The position numbers were made by a program, and so were the translations under genes. The notes under the pieces were generated by a model that was given only the letters and a program-made list of their open reading frames with translations, did not search any database and had not been told where the DNA came from. A stretch of DNA of 64,000 nt from Macrostomum lignano (lineage: Eukaryota): contig NIVC01003200.1 of the NCBI GenBank assembly GCA_002269645.1, forward strand, positions 48,020-112,019, given 5' to 3'. Shown here one piece after another: positions 38,696 through 50,864 of this stretch (position 1 is its first letter; every line of letters begins with the position of its first letter).

Positions 38696-39294
38696 CACTT
38701 CAGAAGCAATTTTTACCAAAAATATTTAAAAGATTTTTAGTATCTAAATTTAAAAGATTGACATTGAAAGTGTTACAGCTATTGGCAATAAAATAGTTAT
38801 AAAACCCTCTTAATACAATATTACAATAATAGTAATTCAGGTCAGTTAATACTGAACTCGAAGCAATAGCTAAAACTATACATTTTCAATGCTAGAAATT
38901 GAGCACTTTATTGCAGTAAAAACAGCTTTTACTCATTAAATAATAACTGTCGACAACTGGCAGCATCAAGGCCAACATGGTGGACACAGAAATCTTGCCA
39001 CAAATCGTCCGGTACGGGTGGTTGCCACGGCGACTGGCTACTCAAATCGTGGTAAAAAATACTTGTTGATAGCAATAGCAAATTTATATATAAATAAGGC
39101 GAACTTCTCGGTAATACACAATCAAATTTTAAGCAAATCTCTTCTCATTGTGTTAAAGATCCCAAAAGATTCGTCCAGCTTCAAGAATCGGGAAGTATCA
39201 AATCCCACACTACACGGAACAGGAAGTATCACCATCCAATCGAGAAAAACTGACATCCATTCTGCTGGAAGTTACCTAAATCCCATCTCATAGA

Positions 39295-39760
39295 CAACCG
39301 GAAGTATCTAATCCCACCTTATAGAGAACCGGAAGTATCTAATCTCACCTTATAGACAACAGGAAGTATCTAATCTCACCTTATAGACAACCAGAAGTAT
39401 ATAATCCCACCTTATAGACAACCGGAAGTATCTAATCCCACCTTATAGAAAACCGGAAGTATCTAATCCCACCTTATAAACAACAGGAAGTATCTAATCC
39501 CACCATATAGACAACTAGAAGTATCTAATCCCACCTTATAGACAACCAGAAGTATCTAATCCCACCTTATAGACAACCGGAAATATCTAATCTCACCTTA
39601 TAGACAACCGGAAGTATCTAATCTCACCTTATAGACAACCGGAAGTATCTAATCTCACCTTATAGACAACCGGAAGTATCCAATCTCACCTTATAGAGAA
39701 CCGAAAGTATCTAATCCCAACTTATAGACAACAGGAAGTATCTAATCCCATCCTATACAG
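39295..39760. repeat. 32-nt minisatellite (ACCGGAAGTATCTAATCCCACCTTATAGACA)
   Basis: About 14 units; shares a 22-nt core with the 37128 array. Confidence 0.93.
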
Positions 39761-40317
39761 AACAGGCACGGGAACTATTCATAAAGTATGAGTAAAGATA
39801 GTTCCCAAAGGAATCGTTGAGAAGTTTTGAGAGGTATGTGAGAAGTTTTGCGATTTCTCACATAGCAACTCTGACTGAATTAAAATCTGACACTAATACA
39901 ATTCAATGCTTCTAAAGCACAGGTAGCAAGGCAGTTTGTCAGTGCCGGAGAAGCCGACCTGAGAAAAACACACACACACACACACACAATAATAATATAA
40001 CTTGCCGAACAGTGGACGGACGGCACGGGCGGACGGCACGGGCAAAATGCGGTGTTTACCGCGCCGCGAAAAACAAGAGACGAGAACAGGACTCAACCGA
40101 GCTAGCTATAAATAGAGCAATAAAAAACTGACTACTTAGCGACATTACTCACAGCAACCCACCTGCGGCTTATTCTATTAACTGCAATTTATTCTATTAA
40201 CTGGATTTTGTGAGAGACTATGGGCCCGCTACAAAAACTCAAGGACAATTCACTTACACTAAGTGGATTATTAAGCTTTAAGTACTCTTGTAACACATTG
40301 GACTGGCGCCAACCTTT

Positions 40318-41615
40318 TTGCTGATCCTTCAGTACCCACTGCTGCTGCCCTCCCTCCGATCCTTCCGTGCCCGCTGCTGCTGCCCTCCCTCAGATCCTTC
40401 AGTGCCCGCTGCTGCTGCCCTCCCTCAGATCTTTCCGTGCCCGCTGCTGCTGCCCTCCCTCAGATCCTTCAGTGCCCGCTGCTGCCATCCCTCCGATCCT
40501 TCAGTGCCCGCTGCTGCTGCCCTCCCTCAGATCCTTCAGTGCCCGCTGCTGCTGCCCTCCCTCAGATCCTTCAGTGCCCGCTGCTGCTGCCCTCCCTCCG
40601 ATCCTTCCGTGCCCGCTGCTGCTGCCCTCCCTCAGATCCTTCAGTGCCCGCTGCTGCTGCCCTCCCTCAGATCCTTCAGTGCCCGCTGCTGCTGCCCTCC
40701 CTCAGATCCTTCGGTGCCCGCTGCTGCTGCCCTCCCTCAGATCCTTCAGTGCCCGCTGCTGCTGCCCTCCCTCAGATCCTTCAGTGCCCGCTGCTGCTGC
40801 CCTCCCTCAGATCCTTCAGTGCCCGCTGCTGCTGCCCTCCCTCAGATCCTTCAGTGCCCGCTGCTGCTGCCCTCCCTCAGATCCTTCAGTGCCCGCTGCT
40901 GCCTCTCTCCGATTCTCCAGTGCCCGCTGCTGCCTCCCTCCGATCCATCAGTGCCCGCTGCTGCTGCCCTCCCTCCGATTCTTCAGTGCCCACTGCTGCC
41001 TATCTCAGATCTTTCAGTGCCCGCTGCTGCTGTCTCCCTCCGATCCTTCAGTGCCCGCTGCTGCCCTCCGATCCTTCAGTGCCCGCTGCTGCCTCTCTCC
41101 GATCCCTCAGTGCCCACTGCTGCCTCCCTCCGATCCCTCAGTGCCCGCTGCTGCCTCTCTCTGATCCCTCAGTGCCCGCTGCTGCCTCTCTCCGATCCCT
41201 CAGTGCCCGCTGCTGCCTCCCTCCGATCCCTCAGTGCCCGCTGCTGCCTCTCTCCGATCCCTCAGTGCCCACTGCTGCCTCCCTCCGATCCCTCAGTGCC
41301 CGCTGCTGCCTCTCTCCGATCCCTCAGTGCCCGCTGCTGCCTCTCTCCGATCCCTCAGTGCCCGCTGCTGCCTCTCTCCGATCCATCAGTGCCCGCTGCT
41401 GCCTCTCTCCGATGTTTCAGTGCCCGCTTCTGCCTCTCTTCGATCCCTCAGTGCCCGCTGCTGCCCTCCCTCCGATCCTTCAGTGCCCGCTGCTGCCTCT
41501 CTTCGATCCTTCAGTGCCCACTGCAGCCTCTCTCCGATCCTTCAGTGCCCGCTGCTGCCCTCCCTCCGATCCTTCAGTGCCCGCTGCTGCCTCTCTCCGA
41601 TCCTTCAGTGCCCGC
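40318..41615. repeat. 31-35 nt minisatellite (CAGTGCCCGCTGCTGCTGCCCTCCCTCAGATCCTT)
   Basis: Tandem periodicity; the 492-aa ORF at 40318 is its translation. Confidence 0.96.
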
Positions 41616-42104
41616 CACCACTAACCTTGTTAAGATGAGAAACACACTGAAACCTAAAAAACAGCCACACAGAAAGACAAAAAATGAAACTGACAATGAA
41701 AAAACGATTCCACAAAAACGATATACGCCAATCACTTTGTACGGCGCCCTTATTGAGGCAGACAGACAGGCAAAACTCTCTCCAGAGTCAGCCTAACGAT
41801 ATGAAAAAAATTGTGGAAAAACAGACATCAGCAGCAGTAGGACGCGGGAGCACTGAAATAAAACAAATTGATTGGACAAAGCTGCATTTTTTCTCGTCCT
41901 AGGGAGGCAAAGGGCCGGCCTTGATACTAGCTGATATGGCTGAGTTCAAGTGGCAACTCAGTTTTGCAGACGAAGCCTTGCGCGATGCGATGAAGTGCCG
42001 CAGTGTAAGAAGTGTCAATCATTGACTGGATTGAAAAGTTTTATTAACACATATTTTGTTTATATAAATATGAAAAAAAATTCATACTGGCAGTGGGATA
42101 CAAA

Positions 42105-42605
42105 GGATCTGAGAGGTTTGAGAGTCTGAAAGTCTCAGTGTTGCAGTGTCTTACGAGTCTGAGAGTCTTAGAGTCCGAGAGGTCTGGGTCTGAGAGTCTT
42201 AGAGAGTCTGAGAGTCTTAGAGTCCGAGAGTCTGGTCTGAGAGGTCTGGGTCTGAGAGTCTTAGAGAGTCTGAAAGTCTTAGAGAGTCTGAGAACCTTAG
42301 AGAGTCTGAGAGACTTAGAGAGTCTGAGAACCTTACAGAGTCTGAGAACCTTACAGAGTCTGAGAACCTTACAGAGTCTGAGAACCTTACAGAGTCTGAG
42401 AACCTTACAGAGTCTGAGAACCTTACAGAGTCTGAGAGTCTTAGAGAGTCTGAGAGTCTTAGAGAGTCTGAGAGTCTTAGAGAGTCTGAGAGTCTTAGAG
42501 AGTCTGAGAACCTTAGAGAGTCTGAGAACCTTAGAGAGTCTGAGAACCTTAGAGAGTCTGAGAACCTTAGAGAGTCTTAGAGACTTAGAGTCTGAGAGTC
42601 TGAGA
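42105..42605. repeat. 18-nt minisatellite (AGAGTCTGAGAACCTTAG variants)
   Basis: Runs of identical variants; begins about 6 nt from the donor at 42612. Confidence 0.93.
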
Positions 42606-42612
42606 GATTTAC

Positions 42613-43112
42613 CTTCGAGTGAAGAGGATCTTAAACAGATTGTCCTCAAAGTAGATGACGTCCTCCCGCTGGCGCAGGTCGGGCTGCACCCCGCAGGAGC
42701 AGTGCTTCTGACAGTCTACGGTGAAGTTTAATCGACGATTTGCAGACGTGTCAGCGACGACATCTGAGGAGGCAGTCGGTTGCTGCTGCTGCTGCTGCTG
42801 CTGCTGATGCACAGGCCGAATGCCGATATCCGAGCAATCGTCGCCATAGATGACATTCTCCTGATGGGACGGCATCTCCTTGAAGCGCAGCAGATAGTGC
42901 GTCACATTGCCGTTGGGTTTCAATGGCGGCTTCCAGGTCAGTCGCATCTCCGAGGGGCTGCGAAATTCGACTTTGAAATCGTGCGGAGGAGACGGCTGCG
43001 TTGGCATCGTGTCCACGTAGATGATGCGGCTCTTGCTGCCGTAGGCCTGCTGCTGCTCCACCACCAGCTGCGGCATCACGAACATGGCGTATCTGCTGGC
43101 CGGCTTCAGCAA
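42613..43112 (-). CDS. INSR: Insulin/IGF receptor: end of FnIII-1, FnIII-2a, insert domain with alpha-CT
   Basis: ccgcAG|LLKPASRYAMFV...SKSRIIYVDT..PSPP...LTWKPPLKPNGNVTHY...CSC...YFEDNLFKILF (alpha-CT, cf. FEDYLHNVVF); donor GTAAAT. Confidence 0.93.
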
Positions 43113-43132
43113 CTGCGGTGGCGCGGGTTGGG

Positions 43133-44178
43133 GTGGGTTGCAACTCAATTAGGGGGGATGGGCTGCAACTCAATTAGGGGGGTGGGTTGCAAGTCAATTA
43201 GGGGGGATGGGCTGCAACTCAATTAGGGGGGTGGGTTGCAAGTCAATTAGGGGGGATGGGTTGCAACTCAATTAGGGGGTGGGTTGCAACTCTAATAAGG
43301 GGATGGGTTGCAACTCAATTAGGGAGATGGGTTGCAACTCAATTAGGGAGATGGGTTGCAACTCAATTAGGGGGATGGGCTGCAACTCAATTAGGGGGTG
43401 GGTTGCAAGTCAATTAGGGGGGATGGGTTGCAACTCAATTAGGGGATGGGTTGCAAGTCAATTAGGGGGATGGGTTGCAACTCAATTAGGGGGTGGGTTG
43501 CAACTCAATAAGGGGATGGGTTGCAACTCAATTAGGGAGATGGGTTGCAACTCAATTAGGGAGATGGGTTGCAACTCAATAAGGGGATGGGTTGCAACTC
43601 AATTAGGGGGATGGGTTGCAACTCAATAAGGGGATGGGTTGCAACTCAATTAGGGAGATGGGTTGCAACTCAATTAGGGAGATGGGTTGCAACTCAATTA
43701 GGGGGATGGGTTACAACTCAATTAGGGAGATGGGTTGCAAATCAATTAGGGGGGATGGGTTGCAACTCAATTAGGGGATGGGTTGCAACTCAATTAGGGG
43801 GGTGGGTTGCAACTCAATTAGGGGGGATGGGTTGCAACTCAATTAGGGGGATGGGTTGCAACTCAATTAGGGGGGTGGGTTGCAACTCAATTAGGGGGGA
43901 TGAGTTGCAACTCAATTAGGGGGATGGGTTGCAACTCAATTAGGGGGGTGGGTTGCAACTCAATTAGGGGGGTGGGTTGCAACTCAATTAGGGGGGTGGG
44001 TTGCAACTCAATTAGGGGGGATGGGTTGCAACTCAATTAGGGGGGATGGGTTGCAACTCAATTAGGGGGGATGGGTTGCAATTTAATTAGGGGGATGGGT
44101 TGCAACTCAATTAGGGGGATGGGTTGCAAGTCAATTAGGGGGATGAGTTGCAACTCAATTAGGGGGCTGGTTTGCAAT
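43133..44178. repeat. 25-26 nt G-rich minisatellite (GGGTTGCAACTCAATTAGGGGGAT)
   Basis: About 40 units; starts about 20 nt from the acceptor at 43113. Confidence 0.97.
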
Positions 44179-45387
44179 AAAAATCATACACTATCAGCAA
44201 TGATAGTAACACGTAATTCTAAGTGACTGTAATGAAAACTGTTTTGCTTAAAAAAGCTCCGCAGTATTATCTTATCGATGAGTATCATATACACGCAGTA
44301 GTTGTGCAGGAAGTTGGCGAGTTTCTCTTGGCAAGCAAACAGAGGAAGCATGCCCAAAAACACGGATCTTAAGTCCCAGGTAGTTCATTTTTCTGTTCTT
44401 CTTAATCCTAAATAGCAGCTGGAGCCGCTAGCTAGACAATAATTAATATCCGGTGAAGTAAACAAGAAAGCGAATTATAGAAAAACACGCACTACTTATG
44501 CTGCTATGCTCGTAGTACTCAATATAATAGATGATTACAAGCGGAAGCCATAACCGTGACTGATGTAGCAGAGGCTGGTGTGTATGAATAAAGTACAAAG
44601 AGTGGGCCGAAAACAAGTCGGCACACTGCTCTTCTCTCATCAGTTTGTATGCGCCTACTTATTATAAGGTTATCCGAATAATAATATTAACTGGTTAAAA
44701 ATAGAAACTTCCTATCTCGACCTAAGCTACAGAGAGACAGAGAGAGATAGGGAGTCACGTGATAAACCAGTCTCAAAATACGACAGCAAAGATTAGGTAG
44801 GAGGCAAATAAACGTGACGCAGTTTCAAAGCTCGGGCAATTGAGGATTCAAACAAGCAGGGCTAACCGACTCCTCTGAGCTGGCAAGCACGCAAGTCAAG
44901 TCATCAGTGTTCAATACTCGAATTTCAATCATTGCCATTCTGCTGCGAAATTATTATATGTTTCTGTTGGCAACGCTTCTTGCACGTTGGACGATGTGAA
45001 TGGAATGAGAACCTTGTTTTGCAACTGATGATAGAAAAGCCTCCTGTGTCTTTTTGTTCACCCCCGCAGTGGTGTCAAAAATCGAAATTGAAGCATCAAT
45101 AGGCAGCATAAACGTGTACCGTAGTTTGGTAGGGGTAAAAATATCAGTGTAAGTTGCTTGCATTATAACTCCAACTACATACACACAACTGTCTTTGGCC
45201 AGCCAAGCTGTCAGAGCCTGATAAAATAGCTACCAACCACTTCCAGGACGATGTCAGGACTGGTGCGAATCTTTACATAGACACACCGAATTCAAAAGTT
45301 TTACCATAGACAGGTAATGTCTCGTATATCCATCTTACTCATCATGAGTAGTGTAAAGAGCTGAGATAAATATATCATGTGCTCGCC

Positions 45388-46388
45388 CATCATGCTGTTT
45401 TCTATAGTCAGTCATGCTGTTTTCTGTGCTGTCATGCTGTTTTCTATACTGTCATGCTGTTTTCTGTGCTGCCATGCTGTTTTCTATACTGTCATGCTGT
45501 TTTCTGTACTTTTATGTTGTTTTCTGTGCTGTCATGCTGTTTTCTATACTGTCATGCTGTTTTCTGTGCTGTCATGCTGTTTTCTATACTGTCATGCTGT
45601 TTTCCGTGCTGTCATGCTGTTTTCTATACTGTCATGCTGTTTTCCGTGCTGTCATGCTGTTTTCTATACTGTCATGCTGTTTTCTATACTGTCATGCTAT
45701 TTTCTGTGCTGTCATGCTGTTTTCTATATTGTCATGCTGTTTTCTATACTGTCATGCTATTTTCTGTGCTGTCATGCTGTTTTCTATACTGTCATGCTGT
45801 TTTTCGTGCTGTCATGCTGTTTTCTATACTGTCATGCTGTTTTCTGTGCTGTCATGCTGTTTTCTATACTGTCATGCTGTTTTCTGTGCTGTCATGCTGT
45901 TTTCTATACTGTCATGCTGTTTTCCGTGCTGTCATGCTGTTTTCTATACTGTCATGCTGTTTTCTATACTGTCATGCTATTTTCTGTGCTGTCATGCTGT
46001 TTTCTGTGCTGTCATGCTGTTTTCTATACTGTCATGCTGTTTTCTGTGCTGTCATGCTGTTTTCTATACTGTCATGCTGTTTTCTGTGCTGTCATGCTGT
46101 TTTCTATACTGTCATGCTGTTTTCGTGCTGTCATGCTGTTTTCTATACTGTCATGCTGTTTTCCGTGCTGTCATGCCGTTTTCTATACTGTCATGCTGTT
46201 TTTCGTGCTGTCATGCTGTTTTCTATACTGTCATGCTGTTTTCTGTGCTGTCATGCTGTTTTCTATACTGTCATGCTGTTTTCTGTGCTGTCATGCTGTT
46301 TTCTATACTGTCATGCTGTTTTTCGTGCTGTCATGCTGTTTTCTATACTGCCATTCTGTTTTCTGTGCTGTCATGCTGTTTTCTATAT
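45388..46388. repeat. 20-nt minisatellite with alternating variants (TGTCATGCTGTTTTCTATAC / ...CTGTGC)
   Basis: About 50 units; the 326-355 aa Cys/Phe-rich ORFs are artefacts. Confidence 0.97.
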
Positions 46389-46610
46389 AAATAGAGATTT
46401 AGATAGAGCCACTAAAGAAAGCGAGGAAACTTTGATGCTTAAGTAATGGTGAAGTATCGTGACGCTTACTCGTAACTCGCTTACTAAAGTACTCGTAACT
46501 CGTAACAACTAATGATAGAGGAACAGTGACGCTATTGAGATGGAACTGTGACCCCTAACTAACGGTTTGCAGCAATGCAGAAGCAGCAACATCATCAGTG
46601 TGGCACTCAC

Positions 46611-47250
46611 AACAACCATAAATTGGCACTGTTTCGGTGGCAGCTTCTTCTTGCAGTCGCCAACGCACTGGGAACAATTATTGAGATGGCAGGACACGCG
46701 CAGTAGGTCATCGTCACCTTCAACTGTGCCATCGTGTTTTACTGGAATGCCGGAATATTCCACTAGTTGATTAGGCGAGCTATTGTCCGGCACGAACAGA
46801 TTAGTGCAAGCTGTAAACATTGTTTGCCATTGGCGAATCTCGCAGGTTGACGGGTCGGCGTATTGCACAGTCTCACCCTGGCGCACCTGTCGGTAATAGA
46901 TTGAATATCCTAGCAGGGCTCGCTTGTCCTTCACCTGGAGCATCGGCCAATGCAGCATGACGCTTCGGGACGTTACTAAACCGACCAATATGTCGAATGT
47001 TCGATTGATGCAAGACGCCAAATCGCCGTTAGTTCTTGGCGATAGATCTTCCGCAAAGTTGATGAAATCGGTTACATTGAGAGTGTGTTTAACGAATTCA
47101 GTTATTTTATGATTGCATAGCCGCCTGTTCATGTAGAATCGCACTTTGCCTTTGGCTACTAACAGACGCCGGCCGTTGGTGGCGTTCCATAGCGATTGTA
47201 GAAAGTCGTTGTGCTCGATGGCTAGAGAGGCCGGCTGGCTAGCTTGGTTG
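46611..47250 (-). CDS. INSR: Insulin/IGF receptor: end of L2 and FnIII-1
   Basis: ctcAG phase 2. LAIEHNDFLQSLW...GKVRFYMNRRLC...DLSPRTNGDLASC...DKRALLGYSIYYR; donor GTGAGT. Confidence 0.93.
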
Positions 47251-47357
47251 CTGAGGAATTATTAATTATAATTCGTGATGATAATGCCTTGCATTTTAGT
47301 CTGCGTTAATTATAAAACCCAATAGAAAACTCTAAACTAATTGATCATTTTGCATAG

Positions 47358-48290
47358 CATCACATGACTGGCACAATGGATGGTCACATGACTGGCACAA
47401 TGGATGGTCACATGACTGGCACAATGGATGGTCACATGACTGGCACAATGGATGGTCACATGACTGGCACAATGGATGGTCACATGACTGGCACAATGGA
47501 TGGTCACATGACTGGCACAATGGATGGTCACATGACTGGCACAATGGATGGTCACATGACTGGCACAATGGATGGTCACATGACTGGCACAATGGATGGT
47601 CACATGACTGGCACAATGGATGGTCACATGACTGGCACAATGTATGGTCACATGACAGACACAATAGACGGTCACATGACTGGCACAATGGATGGTCACA
47701 TGACTGGCACAATGTATGGTCACATGACTGGCACAATGGATGGTCACATGACTGGCACAATGGATGGTCACATGACTGGCACAATGGATGGTCACATGAC
47801 TGGCACAATGTATGGTCACATGACAGACACAATAGACGGTCACATGACTGGCACAATGGATGGTCACATGACTGGCACAATGTATGGTCACATGACAGAC
47901 ACAATGGATGGTCACATGACTGGCACAATGGATGGTCACATGACTGGCACAATGGATGGTCACATGACTGGCACAATGGATGGTCACATGACTGGCACAA
48001 TGGATGGTCACATGACTGGCACAATGGATGGTCACATGACTGGCACAATGTATGGTCACATGACAGACACAATAGACGGTCACATGACTGGCACAATGGA
48101 TGGTCACATGACTGGCACAATGTATGGTCACATGACAGACACAATAGACGGTCACATGACTGGCACAATGGATGGTCACATGACAGACACAATAGACGGT
48201 CACATGACTGGCACAATGGATGGTCACATGACAGACACAATAGACGGTCACATGACTGGCACAATAGATGATCACATGACTGGCACAGGT
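47358..48290. repeat. 24-nt minisatellite (GGTCACATGACTGGCACAATGGAT)
   Basis: About 39 units; fills most of the intron between the two L2 exons. Confidence 0.97.
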
Positions 48291-48343
48291 CACAGTGGGT
48301 GATCTGTGATGGCTCTCTCGCACCAGGTAGAACGAGCACTCAC

Positions 48344-48497
48344 CGCTGCCCGGCAGAGCCGCTGTTTTTCCCGTGAATGACCCGCAAGTTGGACAGAAAG
48401 GACAGCGAAGTGAGGGCGGGCGAGTTGATAATCATGAGGCTCTCCTCGATTTCCGTCAGATCGCGAAAGCTCTCCAGTAGGCGTTTCTCCAGGTCAG
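48344..48497 (-). CDS. INSR: Insulin/IGF receptor: L2 domain exon
   Basis: ttccAG|(P)DLEKRLLESFRDLTEIEESLMIINSPALTSLSFLSNLRVIHG; donor GTGAGT; phases 1 and 2 fit. Confidence 0.93.
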
Positions 48498-48684
48498 CTG
48501 GAATGACAATTGGAACCAGTCGAAATATGTTGAAGAAATTATCATGAAGCCCGTATTAGTTCAGGCTGATTCACCTTAAAAATTAATTGGTTTACCTGTC
48601 ACCAAAGGGTACTGCAAGTACTCGTAAGTTAGCTTGCTATAGCGCAATTATACGATAGCGCTAGTAAATACTTTCGCCTGTCTG

Positions 48685-48724
48685 TACTTCTGTCTGTCTG
48701 TCTATGTCTGTCCGTCTGACTCAA

Positions 48725-48798
<74 letters not shown>

Positions 48799-48800
48799 CC

Positions 48801-48849
<49 letters not shown>

Positions 48850-48854
48850 GTCTC

Positions 48855-48897
<43 letters not shown>

Positions 48898-48900
48898 GCC

Positions 48901-48942
<42 letters not shown>

Positions 48943-48988
48943 ACTCAATGTCTGTCTGTCTGTCTGTCTGTCTATCCGTCTGACTCAA

Positions 48989-49029
<41 letters not shown>

Positions 49030-49141
49030 GCCTGTCTGTCTGTTTGTGTGTCTGTGTGTCTGTCTGTCTGACTCAGTGTCTGTCTGTCTGTCTGTCTGAT
49101 TGTCCGTCTGACTCAGTGTCTGTCTGTCTGTCTTAGTGTAA

Positions 49142-49177
<36 letters not shown>

Positions 49178-49290
49178 TAGTGTCTGTGTGTCTGTCTGTC
49201 TATCTGTGTGTCTGTCTGTCTGTCTGTCTGTCTTAGTGTCTGTGTGTCTGTCTGTCTGTCTGTCTGTCTTAGTGTAAGTCTGTCTGTCAG
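48685..49290. repeat. (TCTG)n microsatellite with interruptions
   Basis: Direct. Confidence 0.96.
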
Positions 49291-49857
49291 TAAGGATTAA
49301 CAATCATCATAATGAATGCACATGGAGCAGAGTGAGGCTGCACCTCTTCGGTATGCTAGCGTGCACTTATTATATTTCTTCGCCGGAAATTAGGAGAATG
49401 GCTACACTACTGGCATAGTAGCCTTGCCATCAGGATATGACTGCTTGATATTAGGTCTCTTATTCATTAAACCTAAAGCCCACAATAGTGCACAAGCATG
49501 ACGGAGAAAAACAGCTATGATATTTCAAGCGTAACTGAATTTTATCCATCTAATGAAAAAACAAGAATCCAATTTCGCGTTCATCCACCCTGGGGTGCTT
49601 TTTTTCTCGTTTCGTTACATTCCTAAAATGCAGCTGTTTGCTGCTTTAATTTTGCTATTTTATTTCCGCGGATGATGAGGCGCTGCACTCTGCAAAATTT
49701 ATTCGATGGACCATGCGAGGCAAAGCGTGTGCAGTCAATTTACTGTCGAATATTTATAGTATCTGCAAAAAATTATGCAGCAACTGGGGAAGAACACGCG
49801 TATCCAAGACAACAGACGTTTGGCGGATTGCTCGTGGGAACAGCTGCCTAGCCTGTG

Positions 49858-50385
49858 TAGACAGACAGACAGACCGACAGACAGGCAGACAGACAGACAG
49901 ACAGACAGGCAGACAGACAGACAGACAGACAGACAGGCAGACAGACAGACAAATAGCAAGGCTCATGGGGGATTGCTAAGATGTCAAGGCTCATGGGGGA
50001 TTACTAAGATGTCAAGGCTCATGGGGGTATCGCTAAGATGTCAAGGCTCATGGGGTATTGCTAAGATGTCAAGGCTCATGGGGTATTGCTAAGATGTCAA
50101 GGCTAATGGGGGAATTGCTAAGATGTCAAGGCTAATGGGGGAATTGCTAAGATGTCAAGGCTAATGGGGGAATTGCTAAGATGTCAAGGCTAATGGGGAA
50201 TTGCTAAGATGTCAAGGCTAATGGGGGAATTGCTAAGATGTCAAGGCTAATGGGGGAATTGCTAAGATGTCAAGGCTAATGGGGGAATTGCTAAGATGTC
50301 AAGGCTAATGGGGAATTGCTAAGATGTCAAGGCTAATGGGGGAATTGCTAAGATGTCAAGGCTCATGGGGGGAATCGCTGAAATG
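49858..50385. repeat. (GACA)n tract joined to a 29-30 nt minisatellite (GGGGAATTGCTAAGATGTCAAGGCTAAT)
   Basis: Direct; about 14 minisatellite units. Confidence 0.94.
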
Positions 50386-50864
50386 CTGTGGCATTAACAA
50401 GCTTTAATAAATTAGCTCGTAAATGCGACGGCACAAGGTGAAAACCTACAGGTAGTTTATTTAAAAACTTTTGAGCTGCTCCTAAGCTCAAACTAACTGT
50501 AAAAGCAATACTCGCTTGCTCCTTTGAGTAACGAATTTAATCATGCAGGCGGTCTGCCTCTGACGTGTATGGCGCAGACTGGGGGGGGGGGCAGACCAGC
50601 ACTTTAAGTAATGTTTAAACTCTGCTAAATTTATTCTTGTAAATGATTAAATTGAATGCTCACAGGATCAAGCTGGCTGCAACAAAGGTATAGCATATTC
50701 TAATCCGAACATTTCATTAGCGAGATGGCAAATTAACTTCAGTGCTTTAATATTAAAGCACTGTATTCCGTCTGCTATACACAGTGTGTTCTCTAAATAG
50801 ATTATTTTGTAGATAGCATTGCGTCAAATGGGGCTCTACAACCATTAAAGAAAGTGCTGAGTGC

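Noticed and set aside
40318-41796. 492-aa Pro/Cys/Ala-rich ORF
   Set aside because: Minisatellite lacking stops; antisense within a receptor intron.
44954-45184. 76-aa non-repetitive minus-strand ORF in a receptor intron
   Set aside because: No recognisable motif or splice signals; may be a decayed element.
45377-48339. 300-355 aa Cys-rich and MTGTMDGH ORFs
   Set aside because: 20-nt and 24-nt arrays; not metallothionein- or antifreeze-like genes.
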